Shown here one piece after another: positions 22,119-24,241 of a stretch of DNA of 24,241 nucleotides. The notes below the pieces were generated by a model, which was not told the DNA's origin, made no database searches, and saw only the letters and a program-made list of their open reading frames with translations. Numbering within the stretch: position 1 is the first letter of the stretch; each line of letters begins with the position of its first letter. The position numbers and the translations under genes are program-made. The stretch comes from Kudoa neothunni (lineage: Eukaryota; Animalia; Cnidaria): assembly GCA_964304625.1 (NCBI GenBank), contig OZ199839.1, forward strand, positions 6,589,686-6,613,926, written 5' to 3'.

Positions 22119-23600
22119 GGGGAATTTTTTTGTGTTGTGCGCGTGCACGAATATACATTTTATTGGAAATTTTTATTTATGAATAATTGATTGCTTTATA
22201 ATTTAAATCATATTAGCTTCTTATAATCCGAAGAAGAAACATTAGAATTTTCTTTGAAAACTATGTTTATGTTAAGAATTAAACTACGACGATGTGTCAA
22301 TTTTGGCGATGTGATAAGAGGGCTTGTAAAGACAAGCTTAAAAATACTCCCTTAGAGAGCATTTTGGGGGATGAAAAACAATATTAGCAATAGAAATATT
22401 TTAAGCGACGATAAAATTAACATGGCCTTATTTTTTGAAAAAATCAAATCATTATCTGAATCCAAAATATTCCATGAATAAAAGTTTTCCATTGCAAATA
22501 CTAAAATAAATATTCACGATTTACACATTGTTTCCAACAAAATTTTTAATTTAGCGTCAAATTAAATGAAAAAATATTTCAACCAATACAGATATTGATC
22601 TCTATAAATCAGGAATGAAAATCCATATGGCTCTAGTTCTCAATCTAGGCCTAAGATCAGTATTTTTACCACTAAAACTAACATAAATTATATGAATGTT
22701 TCGTTAGTTTGGATTGCAGATATTAAGTTTAATGCAATAAACAAACAATTTTACAGCTTTATATAAAATAGGAGGACATTGGTTGTTAAAGTGTTCCCAT
22801 TAGGTTATATCTTGATGGCAAACAAAACCAAAATTGATTATGAGAAAGTGCTTATATTCTAACTCAAAATATGAGTGTCAAGTTCTCTGATAACATCATT
22901 TTAGTTGTTTTAAAGTTTAGGAGGTTTTTAAACAAGTACCTATATTATCTAACATGTATTCTAATTTATTTCATTTGAGTCAATTCTTATAGACAAAGAG
23001 ACAAAATTCGAATTTTAAATATATATATTTATAATATAACTAATAATCTATTACATCAATGTTTTTTACTCTTATCGTTTGCTCTAGTTGCGACGGTGGT
23101 CGAAGAAATTGAAAAATTAAGAGCAAAGACTTCTACATATGAAGACGCTAAACCAAACCAATTCGTTAAACGTTTTAAAAAGAATTTTAATCCTTCGTAC
23201 AAATTTCCCTTTAAATATTAGATCGCACTTGGAATAATGAAATACAAGGTCGATATGGCCATTAATCCCGTGGAACCGTCCTACCTACATTTTCAAAATA
23301 GATTTATACAATATGACTCTGGTTTAGAAATATTTGTTAAAAAGGTAAAAGCTTGATAGAACGAAATATTAACTATGTCTTTTATAACTCAAATGTAAAT
23401 ATAAAATCTAAATATCAATGAAAAATGGAAAAAATAGAAAATATATATATGATAACAATTGTGGATATATTTCAAAATATTTTTGTAGACTCTAATACTA
23501 GTACGGGAATTTATATTAATAAATATAATTGGATCATGTTACCTTTCCGATAAATATAAATAATGGTTTATTTTCTGTTTTGCGCACGTCTAATTCCCCC
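22119..23600 (+). mobile_element. Decayed MULE (Mutator-like) transposase pseudogene
   Basis: Fragments in the expected order: VWIADIKFNAINKQFY (~22707; cf. WxxDGTF..QxY), FPLGYILMANKTKIDYEKVL (~22794), LFHLSQ (~22967; cf. CxFHxxQ), AINPVE (~23259; cf. TNNxxE). Many stops and frameshifts. Ends GGGGAATT and AATTCCCC may be TIR tips, so the boundaries are uncertain. Confidence 0.75.
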
Positions 23601-23952
23601 GATAAATCGTCAATTTAAGATGAAGATGTATATGATAAATTATACAAAATAAAATTATATAAATATCTATATTATGCTTAAAAAAATTTAATCGCTTTAT
23701 TTAGTATGAATTTCAACATTTTTTGTTTAAATCCAGTATATCTATTATGGTAAACGAAAAATTACGGAAGTATTTTAATTTATCCTATTTTAATATTAAA
23801 ATTTAGATTAGAATGTTTTAAAATTAAATTATTTTATTTTTTATTGCATATAATTAAAATAATTATTTAACTTATTAACTTAAGAAAATTAATTTACTAT
23901 AGAAATAAAATAATTTAAAATATTATTCTTGCATCTTATAGTTGCATTTAGG

Positions 23953-23961
23953 TAATCATAT
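23953..23961 (+). promoter_or_regulatory. Conserved upstream motif TAATCATAT, gene D
   Basis: Starts 62 nt before ATG 24015. Confidence 0.7.
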
Positions 23962-24014
23962 TATATGAATAGTATTAAATTCAACTAACAGCCAATAATC
24001 TTTAAACATTGTCT

Positions 24015-24241
24015 ATGAGTTGCCATAAGTTTGTTTTGGGATTATTTCTCATCCTCATTGGTATTTTATTATAATACTAGAATAAATGTGATTACCTTAT
24101 TGCAGCTTACGCCATTAGCGTTCCCATTCGACCGAAAGAAATCACTGCTGCAGATGAAGAAAAGAAGGCCTTGAAAATCAATTCGGGTGACGGATTACAT
24201 CAGGAGAATCCCAATCAGGACATTTTATGTCATCTCTGTAG
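24015..24241 (+). CDS. Secreted prepro-saposin-like protein D (exons 1-2; truncated by the window edge)
   Basis: 46-nt exon 1 (24015-24060), phase-1 intron 24061-24105, exon 2: MSCHKFVLGLFLILIAYAISVPIRPKEITAADEEKKALKINSGDGLHQENPNQDILCHLC. Same exon 1 size, CxxC position and upstream motif as A-C; absent from the ORF track. Confidence 0.85.

Noticed and set aside
1-24241. CRISPR array, rRNA, tRNA, snRNA or prokaryotic operon
   Set aside because: No repeat-spacer periodicity or recognisable RNA-gene motifs by eye; spliceosomal introns show the DNA is eukaryotic.

Overview
AT-rich eukaryotic DNA, most likely from a compact-genome animal (ZDHHC3/7-type gene; most GT-AG introns only 40-58 nt). 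The ORF track therefore shows only exon fragments, and I rebuilt the genes by splicing by hand. From left to right: (1) a ~4.7-kb tandem duplication of a minus-strand gene for a ~850-aa Cys-rich, FN3-like, single-pass surface protein; its copies differ in patches and carry many 1-bp homopolymer frameshifts; (2) an intact 9-exon ZDHHC3/7-like palmitoyltransferase, convergent with an intact 2-exon CHCHD2/CHCHD10-like twin-CX9C gene; (3) the main discovery, a head-to-tail cluster of at least four diverged 4-exon genes for secreted prepro-saposin-like proteins (amoebapore/NK-lysin-type Cys pattern) that share a positioned upstream motif, TAATCATAT; (4) decayed DNA transposons between them: two TTAA-flanked piggyBac-like elements (one holding a nested hAT-like element), a MULE remnant, Merlin-like remnants and a small inverted-repeat element. 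No rRNA, tRNA or CRISPR was seen.
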